A program made the translations under genes and the position numbers. The notes under the pieces were generated by a model. The model did no database searches. It saw only the letters and a program-made list of their open reading frames with translations, and was not told where the DNA came from. A DNA stretch of 64,000 bases from Gemmatimonadales bacterium (GTDB lineage: Bacteria; Gemmatimonadota; Gemmatimonadetes; Gemmatimonadales; GWC2-71-9): positions 33,110 through 97,109 of the forward strand of contig DASXTV010000049.1 in NCBI GenBank assembly GCA_036505175.1. Direction: 5' to 3'. Below, piece by piece: positions 53,158 to 61,353 of the stretch; the first letter of the stretch is position 1; every line of letters starts with the position of its first letter.

Positions 53158-55095
53158 CTAGTGCGAGCTCTCTATCCGAGCCAACCCCATGCCGCGCACC
53201 GCCTCCGCCAATCGCACGAACTCGGCGCGATAGCCGTCCGGGTCCTTGCCGCGTGCTTCGCGAGCGGCGGCAATCACATGGCCGAGGTCGGCCTTTCCGC
53301 GGAAGTCCGAGTTCCGCAGCAACAGGCCAAACTCCGCGACCGCGGCCTGGAACTGGAAGTCTATCGAGGGCGCCTGACCTGCTTGGGCCGGCACCGGTTG
53401 CGAGATCAACCGGCTCTCATCGCCGTCGGGCCGCTTGTAGCGCACCTTCACGAACACGAGCTCAGGGCCCGCGGCGGTAGTCGACACCGCGTTGCGACGC
53501 TGGTAGCGGAGCGAATCAGGCATGCGAATCGTCACGTCGGTGTTCACACCGACCGGCACGACTTCGTAGAGAGCGGTGACGGAATGCCCGGAGCCGACTT
53601 CGCCGGCATCCTTCTTGTCGTCGGCGAAATCCTCGTTGCGCAGCATCCGGTTCTCATAGCCGATCAGCCGGTACGCGCGCACGCGCGCCGGGTTCCATTC
53701 CACCTGGATCTTCACGTCTTTCGCGACGGTGTAGAGCGTGCCGCCGAGCTCGTGTACCAGGACCTTCTGCGCCTCGGCAATGTTGTCGAGATAGGCGTAG
53801 TTGCCGTTGCCCTTGTCGGCGAGCTTTTCCATCTTGGCCGCCTGCAGGTTGCCTTCGCCCACGCCCAGCACTGTGAGGAAGACGCCGGTGCGGCGTTTCT
53901 CCTGGATCAGCTGCACCATCTCGGCATCGCTGGAGGCGCCGACGTTGAAGTCGCCGTCGGTGGCGAGAATCACGCGGTTGTTGCCGCCGCGGATGAAGTT
54001 GGCGACTGCCTCGTCGTAGGCGCGGCGAATCCCTTCGCCGCCTGCCGTGCTCCCGCCAGCCTCCAACCGCTCGATGGCGTCGAGGATCTTGTCCTTCTGG
54101 TCGCCCGGCGTGGACGGAAGGACCAGGCCGGCAGAACCGGCGTACACGACCATCGCGACCCGGTCCTTGGTGCGGAGCTGATTCACGAGCAACCGCATCG
54201 CCGATTTCACGAGGGGCAGCTTGTTCGCCGGCATCATTGAGCCGGAGACGTCGAGCAGGAACACGAAATTCGACGCCGGGAGGTTCTCTACCTTGACGCG
54301 TCGTGCTTGGAGGCCAATGCGCACCAGCTGGTGTTGCGGCTTCCAGGGCGCGGGTGCGACCTCGGTGTGGATCGCGAGCGGGTCGTCGCCGTCGGGCTCG
54401 GCGTAGTCGTAGGGGAAATAGTTCACCAGCTCTTCGATGCGGACCGCGTCGCGCGGCGGCAGCTGGCCGTCCTGCATGATGAAGCGCCGCATGTTGCTGT
54501 AGGACGCGCGGTCGACGTCGATCGAGAAGGTCGACAGGGGATCGGCGGCGACGGCGATGAAGGAGTTCTCGACGATCTCGTCGTACTGCTCGCGGTTGCC
54601 GGGCTGGCGTTGGTAGCGCCAGGCCTCAGTGCTGTCGTATGCCACACCGTCTACGACATAGAGTGCATCGGCGCGTGACGCCGCGGCGGCTCCGCGTATG
54701 CGGACGACACCATTAGCCGCACGCGCCCCATAGAGTCCAGTCACGACGACTTCCTGCAAGGCGACCGGGCTCGACGCGATCGTCAGATCCGCGACCACCG
54801 TCGCGTTTGCCGTGACGCGAAGCCCCTTTTTCTCGCCGGACGTGTAGCCGATGAACCGCGCAACCACCGTGTAGGTCCCAACCGGGACGTTCGCGATCAC
54901 GTAATGACCGTTGCCGTCGGTCATCGTCGCAAGGGACGTCCCGACCACGAGGACATTCGCTCCGACAATGGGCTGGCCGGTGGTCGCATCGCGGACGTTC
55001 CCCGCGATACTTCCGGTTTCGACGACGGCGAGGGTGGTTGGCGCGATGAGTGCGCCGATGAGCAATAGAATGAGACGAACGGGATAGACCGGCAT
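53158..55095 (-). CDS. Secreted von Willebrand factor type A protein (CarboxypepD_reg + YfbK-like vWA + C-terminal domain)
   Basis: 645 aa with a signal peptide. The N-terminal region is GNVRDATTGQPIVGANVLVVGT...GTYTVVARFIGY. The MIDAS motif is FLLDVSGSM. There is a YfbK-like C-terminal region. Confidence 0.85.
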   Translation of the reverse strand: MPVYPVRLILLLIGALIAPTTLAVVETGSIAGNVRDATTGQPIVGANVLVVGTSLATMTDGNGHYVIANVPVGTYTVVARFIGYTSGEKKGLRVTANATVVADLTIASSPVALQEVVVTGLYGARAANGVVRIRGAAAASRADALYVVDGVAYDSTEAWRYQRQPGNREQYDEIVENSFIAVAADPLSTFSIDVDRASYSNMRRFIMQDGQLPPRDAVRIEELVNYFPYDYAEPDGDDPLAIHTEVAPAPWKPQHQLVRIGLQARRVKVENLPASNFVFLLDVSGSMMPANKLPLVKSAMRLLVNQLRTKDRVAMVVYAGSAGLVLPSTPGDQKDKILDAIERLEAGGSTAGGEGIRRAYDEAVANFIRGGNNRVILATDGDFNVGASSDAEMVQLIQEKRRTGVFLTVLGVGEGNLQAAKMEKLADKGNGNYAYLDNIAEAQKVLVHELGGTLYTVAKDVKIQVEWNPARVRAYRLIGYENRMLRNEDFADDKKDAGEVGSGHSVTALYEVVPVGVNTDVTIRMPDSLRYQRRNAVSTTAAGPELVFVKVRYKRPDGDESRLISQPVPAQAGQAPSIDFQFQAAVAEFGLLLRNSDFRGKADLGHVIAAAREARGKDPDGYRAEFVRLAEAVRGMGLARIESSH

Positions 55096-55128
55096 GGTCC
55101 CTCCGGATGGTGTGTTCAGGAGAGACGT

Positions 55129-57597
55129 TCAGACCTTGGCGAGCGACACAGCCTTTCCGTCCCCACCTTCTTGAGGTGTGGGTACGCGCGTCGGTTCGGG
55201 CCACGCGATGTCGGGGAAATGCTCGGGACCGTACCGTCCAGCTTCGCCTTTCTGCTTTCTGCGCAACGCTTTGAGCACCTTCTCGGGCGTGATCGGCACT
55301 TCGTCGATGCGAACCCCGACGGCATCGTACACGGCATTTGCCACGGCTGGCATCACCGGCAACAGCGGGCCCTGGCCGACTTCCTTCGCCCCGAACGGGC
55401 CGTTCGGGTCAGGATCCTCGATCAAGTACGTGATGACGTCGCACATCTCCAGCGTCGTGGGACTCTTGTATTCGAGCAGGGAAGGGATCTTGTGGACCAC
55501 TTTGAGGTCGCCGCGGTAAGCCATCTCCTCCATGAGCGCCTCGCCGAGCCCCATGTAGATCGAGCCTTCGACCTGCCCGATCACGGCGGCGGAATTGATC
55601 GATCGGCCCACGTCATGCGCGATCCAAATCGTCGGCACGCGCACGATGCCGGTTTCGGGATCGACGTCCACCGCAGCGACACAGGCGCTGTAGGAATAGG
55701 CAGGCGACGGCCCGACGCCGGCGCCGCGGTATGTTCCGGCGCTCTTGGGCGGCGTGTACGATCCCACCGTACCGACCGTCCCCTCCGCGGCTTCCGCCAG
55801 CTGGACCGCTTCGGCAAACAACATCCTGCGCTTCGGATCCTTGGTGTCGAAGACGCGGCCGCCCGCGAACGTCAGCCGCTCGACGGGCACCTCGAGCTTC
55901 TTTCCCGCATGGAGCGCGAGGATCTGACGCGCGCGCTCGGCGGCTTGCAATGCGGCGTTCCCGGTCATGAGCGTGACGCGGCTCGAGTAGCTGCCGAGGT
56001 CGACTGGGGTGAGGTCGGTGTCGGCGGTGACGACCGCGATGTCGAACGGATCGATGCCGAGCACTTCCGCGACGATGTAGGCGAGGATGGAATCCGATCC
56101 CTGCCCGATCTCCGTCGAGCCGCAGAACACCGTCACCCCGCCGCCGCGGTCGCATTTCAGCTGCACGCCCGAATGCGGCATGTTGTTCCAGTAGATCGGC
56201 AGGCCGGCGCCCGAGATGTAGCTCGAGCAGGCGAGTCCGACGCCGCGGCCCTCGGGAAGCTTGCGGAATTTCTTCTTCCACTCCGATCCCTCGACCACCT
56301 TCGCGATGCATTTGCCGAGCCCCATCGAGCCCACGCGCAGATAGTTCGCGGTGAGGGAGTTGGGGGGTACGAGGGTCTTCAAGCGCAGCTCCGCGGGGTC
56401 GATGCCCAGCTGTTCGGCGATCTTGTCGAGATGCACCTCGAGCGCGAACCGCGGCTGCGGCGTGCCGTGCCCGCGCTTGGGGCCGCACGGTGCCTTGTTC
56501 GTGAAGGCGCGCGCGCCCTGGAAGTGATAGCGCGGGACATTGTAGGTGACGGTCTGGAGGGCGCCCGTGTAGTACGTGCTCGCCACGCCGTACGAGCCGT
56601 AGGCGCCGCCGTCGAGCAGCGAGCGGAAGTGCATGCCCGTGATCGCGCCGTCGCGCTTCACGCCGGTCTTCACCCACATCAGCGTCGGGTGACGGCCGCG
56701 ATGACAGTAGAAGACTTCTTCGCGCGTCAGCGTGATCTTCACCGGGCGGCCGGTGATCATCGCGAGCTTCGCGACCGCAATCTCGTGACTGAACGGATCG
56801 CTCTTGCCGCCGAATCCACCCCCGTTCGGCGTTGCGATGACGCGAATTCGTGCGGCGGGCAGCTCCAGCACCTTGGCGAGGGCGCGATGGACGTAATGGG
56901 GTGTCTGCGTCGAGCTCCACAGCGTCAGCTTGCCATCTGGCGACCACGTCGCCACGGCGGCATGCTGCTCCATCGGCAGGTGCGTGCTCCCTTCAAAGAA
57001 GAAGAGATCCTCCCGCACCAGATCGGCCTCAGCGATGCCGGTTGCGGCGTCGCCGAATTCGAGATTGATCAGCTTATGGAGATTGCCGCTGTCGGCGTAC
57101 TCGTGAATCTGTGGCTCGGCATGCGTGACGGCGGTTGCGGCGGAGTCGAAGGACTTGAGCGGCTCGTAGACGACCTTGATGAGATCGAGCGCGGCCGTCG
57201 CGGTTTCTTCAGTCGTCGCGGCCACCGCCGCCACTGGATCGCCGATGAAGCGGACCTTCTCGAGGCACAGCGTATGCTCGTCCTGGGAGACGGGCAGGAT
57301 CCCGAACGGAATCGGCAGGTCGCGACCGGTGAGCACCGCTTGGACGCCTTCCAGTCCTTTTGCGGCCGTCGTATCGATCGAGATGATGCGTGCGTGCGGC
57401 TCGGTACTACGCAGCAGCTTGCAGTACAGCATGCGGGGGAACGCGAGATCGTCGGCGAAACGGGTCGCGCCCGTCACTTTCGCGACGGCGTCGACTTTGC
57501 GCAGCGCCTTGCCGATAATGGAATGTTGGACGGTTGGAATGTTGGAAGGAGAATTACCTTCCAACTTTCCAACCTCCCCACGTTTACGAGTGGCCAT
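55129..57597 (-). CDS. Molybdopterin-binding large subunit of a xanthine dehydrogenase/aldehyde oxidoreductase-family enzyme
   Basis: The start was re-set to ATG 57597 because the track ORF to 57975 overlaps the 2Fe-2S gene out of frame. Motifs: IGKALRKVDAVAKVTGATRFADD, GGGFGGK, GAKEVGQG. The N-terminal 25 aa are encoded by repeat copy C. Confidence 0.88.
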   Translation of the reverse strand: MATRKRGEVGKLEGNSPSNIPTVQHSIIGKALRKVDAVAKVTGATRFADDLAFPRMLYCKLLRSTEPHARIISIDTTAAKGLEGVQAVLTGRDLPIPFGILPVSQDEHTLCLEKVRFIGDPVAAVAATTEETATAALDLIKVVYEPLKSFDSAATAVTHAEPQIHEYADSGNLHKLINLEFGDAATGIAEADLVREDLFFFEGSTHLPMEQHAAVATWSPDGKLTLWSSTQTPHYVHRALAKVLELPAARIRVIATPNGGGFGGKSDPFSHEIAVAKLAMITGRPVKITLTREEVFYCHRGRHPTLMWVKTGVKRDGAITGMHFRSLLDGGAYGSYGVASTYYTGALQTVTYNVPRYHFQGARAFTNKAPCGPKRGHGTPQPRFALEVHLDKIAEQLGIDPAELRLKTLVPPNSLTANYLRVGSMGLGKCIAKVVEGSEWKKKFRKLPEGRGVGLACSSYISGAGLPIYWNNMPHSGVQLKCDRGGGVTVFCGSTEIGQGSDSILAYIVAEVLGIDPFDIAVVTADTDLTPVDLGSYSSRVTLMTGNAALQAAERARQILALHAGKKLEVPVERLTFAGGRVFDTKDPKRRMLFAEAVQLAEAAEGTVGTVGSYTPPKSAGTYRGAGVGPSPAYSYSACVAAVDVDPETGIVRVPTIWIAHDVGRSINSAAVIGQVEGSIYMGLGEALMEEMAYRGDLKVVHKIPSLLEYKSPTTLEMCDVITYLIEDPDPNGPFGAKEVGQGPLLPVMPAVANAVYDAVGVRIDEVPITPEKVLKALRRKQKGEAGRYGPEHFPDIAWPEPTRVPTPQEGGDGKAVSLAKV
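57520..57579 (-). repeat. GTTGGAA-type hairpin element, copy C (compact: 17-bp stem, 7-nt loop)
   Basis: GTTGGAATGTTGGAAGG-agaatta-CCTTCCAACTTTCCAAC (57533-57573), with 16 of 17 positions paired. It is flanked by further GTTGGA units and lies at the 2Fe-2S / large-subunit gene junction. Confidence 0.8.
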
Positions 57598-58114
57598 ACA
57601 ACGATTCCCGGGTGGGCTGCGCGACTTCCCCCCGCATCCGAGCCGCGGCCAGCTCCACCGCCTCGTAAATCTTGATGTAGCCGGTGCACCGGCACAGGTT
57701 GCCGGCCAGCGCGTCTTTGATCTCGTCTCGCGTCGGCTTGGGATTGGCGGCGAGCAGGGCCTCGGCGGCGAGCAAGAACGCGGGCGTGCAGTAGCCGCAT
57801 TGTGCCGCGCCGAGGTCGGCGAAAGTCTCTTGCAGGGGATGGAGCTTGCCGCCCTGCGCCATTCCCTCGACGGTGCGCACGGCATGACCGGCGCATGCGA
57901 GCCCCAGCACCAGGCACGACAGCACCGGCGTTCCATCCAGCAGCACGGTGCATGTACCGCACTCACCGAGCTCACAGCCGTGCTTCGTTCCCGTAAGACC
58001 CAGATCCTCGCGCACGACCTCGAGCAGCGTCTTGTGCGGCGCGAATGCTACTTCAGCCGCTTCGCCGTTCACGGTGAGCGCGATTTTGACTTTCGATTCG
58101 TTGCCCATGAGCAC
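57584..58114 (-). CDS. [2Fe-2S]-binding small subunit of the xanthine-dehydrogenase-family enzyme
   Basis: 176 aa. CELGECGTCTV is the plant-type cluster motif. CGYCTPAF...CRCTGY is the second cluster motif. ATG at 58108 is an alternative start. Confidence 0.9.
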   Translation of the reverse strand: MLMGNESKVKIALTVNGEAAEVAFAPHKTLLEVVREDLGLTGTKHGCELGECGTCTVLLDGTPVLSCLVLGLACAGHAVRTVEGMAQGGKLHPLQETFADLGAAQCGYCTPAFLLAAEALLAANPKPTRDEIKDALAGNLCRCTGYIKIYEAVELAAARMRGEVAQPTRESLYGHS

Positions 58115-58145
58115 GAGGTAATCTAGCTTTTGGGCCGGAAGGAGA

Positions 58146-58242
58146 GGGAACGATGGAAAGTTGCAATGTTGGAAAGTGGGTGTGGCGGAGAGCCTCGGTG
58201 GGGATGGTCATTCTTTCCATCATTCCATCATTCCAACTTTCC
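58146..58242 (+). repeat. GTTGGAA-type inverted-repeat element, copy B (overlaps the 5' end of the dipeptidase gene)
   Basis: The left arm is GGGAACGATGGAAAGTTGCAATGTTGGAAAG. The right arm is CTTTCCATCATTCCATCATTCCAACTTTCC. About 24 of 26 left-arm positions match copy A. Confidence 0.8.
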
Positions 58243-59382
58243 GCCCAGGATTACCGAGCTCAAGCCATTCGTATCCTCGGCACGGTGCCCCTCATCGACG
58301 GCCACAACGACCTCCCCGACGCGATTCGCGAACGGGGGGGCCTCGACTCGGTCAACCTGGGGGTGCACCAGCCGAAACTGATGACCGACCTCGCGCGGCT
58401 GCGCGCCGGCCGGGTCGGCGGGCAGTTTTGGGCCGCCTATGTCCCCGTGACGACGATGGACTCAGGACCCGGCCCAGCCGTCTACGCGCTCGAGCAGATC
58501 GATCTTACGCAGCGATTCTGCGCCAAATATCCGAACGTCATGGCGCTGGCGACGACGGCCGCGCAGGTCGAACGCAATTTCGCGGCCGCGAAGATCTCCT
58601 GCCTCATCGGGATCGAGGGCGGGCACGCGATTCAGAACTCCCTTGGCGCGCTACGGATGTTCTCCCGCCTCGGCGTGCGCTACATGACGCTGACGCATTG
58701 GCGCAGCCTCGATTGGGCAGTCGCGTCCACCGACACCTCACACCGCGGTCTATCGGACTTCGGTAAGCAGGTTGTGCTCGAGATGAACCGGCTCGGGATG
58801 CTGGTGGATCTGTCGCACGTCAACGATCAAACGATGTCCGATGCGCTGCACACATCGCGCGCGCCGATCATTTTCTCACATTCGTCCGCGCGGGCCCTCA
58901 CGAACCACGCGCGCGACGTGCCCGACTCGATTCTGAAGCTCGTGCCCGCGAACGGCGGCGTGGTGATGGTGAACTTCAACCCGGGATTTGTTTCGGAGCC
59001 CGTCCGCGCCTACCAGGACAGCATGAACGCATGGTCGAGCGCGCTGCGCGCGACAGGCGCCGACTCCGCCACGCGCGCGGACTCGATGCGCGCCTGGGAG
59101 GCGCGGGCGCCGCATGCAACGCTTGCGCAAGTGGCCGACCACATCGAGTACATCCGGAAGGTGGCCGGCGTCGATCACGTCGGGATCGGCTCCGATTTCG
59201 ATGGCATCACGGAGGTGCCGGTCGGCCTGGAAGACGTCTCCAAGTTCCCCGACTTGATTGCGGAGCTGCTGCGGCGCGGCTGGAGTGAGATGGACGTGAA
59301 GAAGGTCGCCGGCCTGAATACACTGCGAGTGCTGCGGGAGGCAGAGCGCGTCGCGGGCCTGATGCGGCGGACGCACCGGTAG
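58153..59382 (+). CDS. Membrane/renal-type dipeptidase (M19 family)
   Basis: 409 aa. Motifs: PLIDGHNDLP, GIEGGHAI, DLSHV, FSHSSA, GIGSDFDG. The start is ambiguous (58153 or ATG 58204) because the 5' end lies inside repeat copy B. Confidence 0.85.
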   Translation: MESCNVGKWVWRRASVGMVILSIIPSFQLSAQDYRAQAIRILGTVPLIDGHNDLPDAIRERGGLDSVNLGVHQPKLMTDLARLRAGRVGGQFWAAYVPVTTMDSGPGPAVYALEQIDLTQRFCAKYPNVMALATTAAQVERNFAAAKISCLIGIEGGHAIQNSLGALRMFSRLGVRYMTLTHWRSLDWAVASTDTSHRGLSDFGKQVVLEMNRLGMLVDLSHVNDQTMSDALHTSRAPIIFSHSSARALTNHARDVPDSILKLVPANGGVVMVNFNPGFVSEPVRAYQDSMNAWSSALRATGADSATRADSMRAWEARAPHATLAQVADHIEYIRKVAGVDHVGIGSDFDGITEVPVGLEDVSKFPDLIAELLRRGWSEMDVKKVAGLNTLRVLREAERVAGLMRRTHR

Positions 59383-59438
59383 ACAGTCGCGTTCGGCGTC
59401 GCCATGTTAGCAGGAGGCCTTTTCCCGAGGTCGAGACG

Positions 59439-60398
59439 ATGAGGCGACCCGCACAAGCAGTGATCGTCCACGGCGTGATCGGTGGACTCCTCGCCGGACT
59501 CGTAGTCGCGCTGTGGTTCCTCGTTGCGGATACCGTAGCCGGGCATCCGTTTCGTACGCCCGCACTGCTCGCCGGGGTTCTGCTGAACCGCGAGTTCTCG
59601 GAAGTCACCTTCCGACTCATCGCCGTCTACACGGTCCTGCACTTCGGGGTTTTCGCGATCTTGGGGGTGGGGACGGCGTGGGTCAGCGCGGCGTTCACAG
59701 CCCCTCCCCGTCTACTGCTCGCCCTGGGCTTCGGAGTGCTGCTTCAGGAAGCGACGTTCTACGTCGGGCTGGTCCTCCTGCATGCGCCGCGCCTCGGCAT
59801 CGTCGCGTGGCCGCACGTTGTCGGCGCCAACATCGCCGCCGGCCTGGTGCTCATGGGCTACCTCCACTACGCCGAGCACGATCCCCGTCCGCTGGGATTC
59901 ACGACGCTCCGAGATCATCCCGCGCTGCTGCGCGGCGTGGTCACGGGCCTCATCGGAGCCGCCGTGGTGGCGGCCTGGTTCTTCGTCCTGGATGTCACCG
60001 GTGGGACGCCGTTCCACACGCCCGCGGCGCTCGGCTCCGCGTTGTTGCTCGGCGCGTCCGGTCCCGGAGAGATCGTAGTCACGTTCGGTTTGGTCGCGGT
60101 CTACACCGTGGTGCACGTCGCCGCGTTCGTCGTCGCCGGGGTCGTGTTCGTCGCGCTCGCGGAGCAAGTAGAGCGCGTCCCGGCGATGGCGCTGCTCGTG
60201 CTGCTCACCGCAATCCTGCTCGAGGGCCTGGTCCTGGCTACGATCGGGGTCGGGGCCCAATGGGTCCTGGGGACGGTCGGTTGGTGGTCAGTGGCTGCGG
60301 CAAACGTGCTCGCGGTGCTGGCCATGGGGTGGCAGGTGTGGCGGACGCATCCGATGCTGCAGCGCCGGTTGCTGGAGCATCCACAGCTGCGCGTGTAG
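59439..60398 (+). CDS. Polytopic membrane protein of unknown function with internal tandem duplication
   Basis: 319 aa. The two halves align, for example VHGVIGGLLAGLVVALWFLVADTVAGHPFRTPALL versus VTGLIGAAVVAAWFFVLDVTGGTPFHTPAAL, and FRLIAVYTVLHFGVF versus FGLVAVYTVVHVAAF. Confidence 0.6.
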   Translation: MRRPAQAVIVHGVIGGLLAGLVVALWFLVADTVAGHPFRTPALLAGVLLNREFSEVTFRLIAVYTVLHFGVFAILGVGTAWVSAAFTAPPRLLLALGFGVLLQEATFYVGLVLLHAPRLGIVAWPHVVGANIAAGLVLMGYLHYAEHDPRPLGFTTLRDHPALLRGVVTGLIGAAVVAAWFFVLDVTGGTPFHTPAALGSALLLGASGPGEIVVTFGLVAVYTVVHVAAFVVAGVVFVALAEQVERVPAMALLVLLTAILLEGLVLATIGVGAQWVLGTVGWWSVAAANVLAVLAMGWQVWRTHPMLQRRLLEHPQLRV

Positions 60399-60498
60399 GC
60401 TCAGAGCGCTCGTTCTACGCCAATCGCGGGGGCCCAGTCCAAGGCGAGCGCTGCGCCGCCCTGGACGATCGCCACCACGGTCAGGAAGTCGCGCGCCG

Positions 60499-61326
60499 TC
60501 ATCGGCCCACCCAGCGCCGGATCTTCTCGAGCGCGACGCGCAGGCTCATCGGCTTCACCATGTAGTCCATCGCGCCCGCCTCGAGCCCGCGCAGCTGCTC
60601 CGTCTCGCTGCCGTGCACCGTCGTGAACACGACGCGAAATTTTCCCGGGCACTCCTGTTGCAGCTCTTCGAAGATGGAATAGCCGTCGAGTGCGGGAAGA
60701 TCGATATCGAGCAGCAGCAGCGGAGGCTGCGGGCTGCCGTGCGTGTCCATCGTCTTGAGCAGGTCCAACGCCTCGCGGCCGTTGCGAAAATGGAGGAACC
60801 GATAGCCCCGCGCTTCGAGGCCGAACGTGAGCAGCTCGGCAAGCGCGGGATCGTCCTCGACAACAATTACTTCGGGGACCTCGGAAGCACCGGGTGCGTC
60901 GGAGGTTGGTGGAGGTTGGTCGAGGTTGGTGGAGGTTGGTGGAGGTTCGAGCGCGAGCGCGGTGGGCGTAGGTGCCGCTTGCTTCGTGAACAAGGCCGCT
61001 GCCAGCCGCCGCACGAAGCTCCGTGCAGCCTGACCCCGACCCAGGACGCCGTTCGCTGGCTTCTCCAGCCACTGCTTAGCCGCTTCTTCGAGCTCGGCGG
61101 CGACGACGGACGCTTGCGGGAATCCGAACGATCCGGCAGAGCCACGCAGACGATGAGCATCGCGGCGCAGCGCTTCGATTGCAGCCGTGTCGTCGCCCGC
61201 GGCGATCAGCCGTTCGGCCAGCTCTGCGATCGCCCCCAACTGATCGCGGGCTCCTTTGAGGTACTCGTCGCGGACTCCGGGTGGTAGCCCGAAGTCGTCG
61301 ACTCCTCCTGGGCTCACGGGCTCCAA
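60499..61326 (-). CDS. Hpt (histidine phosphotransfer) - Pro/Thr linker - receiver domain protein
   Basis: 275 aa. The Hpt motif is DAHRLRGSAGSFG. REC: VIVVEDDPALAELL...LLLLDIDLPALDG...MVKP. The start is a TTG at 61326, with GTG 61317 as an alternative. Confidence 0.8.
   Translation of the reverse strand: MEPVSPGGVDDFGLPPGVRDEYLKGARDQLGAIAELAERLIAAGDDTAAIEALRRDAHRLRGSAGSFGFPQASVVAAELEEAAKQWLEKPANGVLGRGQAARSFVRRLAAALFTKQAAPTPTALALEPPPTSTNLDQPPPTSDAPGASEVPEVIVVEDDPALAELLTFGLEARGYRFLHFRNGREALDLLKTMDTHGSPQPPLLLLDIDLPALDGYSIFEELQQECPGKFRVVFTTVHGSETEQLRGLEAGAMDYMVKPMSLRVALEKIRRWVGR
60901..60947. repeat. 10-bp tandem repeat GGAGGTTGGT x4.7 inside the Hpt-REC linker coding region
   Basis: ggaggttggt ggaggttggt cgaggttggt ggaggttggt ggaggtt read directly. 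It encodes PPPTSTNLDQPPPTS on the minus strand. Confidence 0.9.
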
Positions 61327-61353
61327 GATATAACTACCTTGTCTTTCGACCTA

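Noticed and set aside
58130-58381. 83-aa ORF (MGRKERERWKVAMLESG...FFPSFHHSNFP) resembling the N-terminus of the dienelactone hydrolase.
   Set aside because: The resemblance comes from reading repeat copy B in the frame used by copy A. After the repeat, the ORF runs out of frame through the M19 dipeptidase gene and has no coding features.
60401-61072. 223-aa and 97-aa minus-strand ORFs (60401-61072, 60867-61160) containing STNLHQPPPTSTNL repeats.
   Set aside because: They are alternative-frame readings of the 10-bp tandem repeat within the Hpt-REC gene. Only the frame with the Hpt and REC motifs is credible. The last 33 codons of the first ORF are kept as a low-interest finding.
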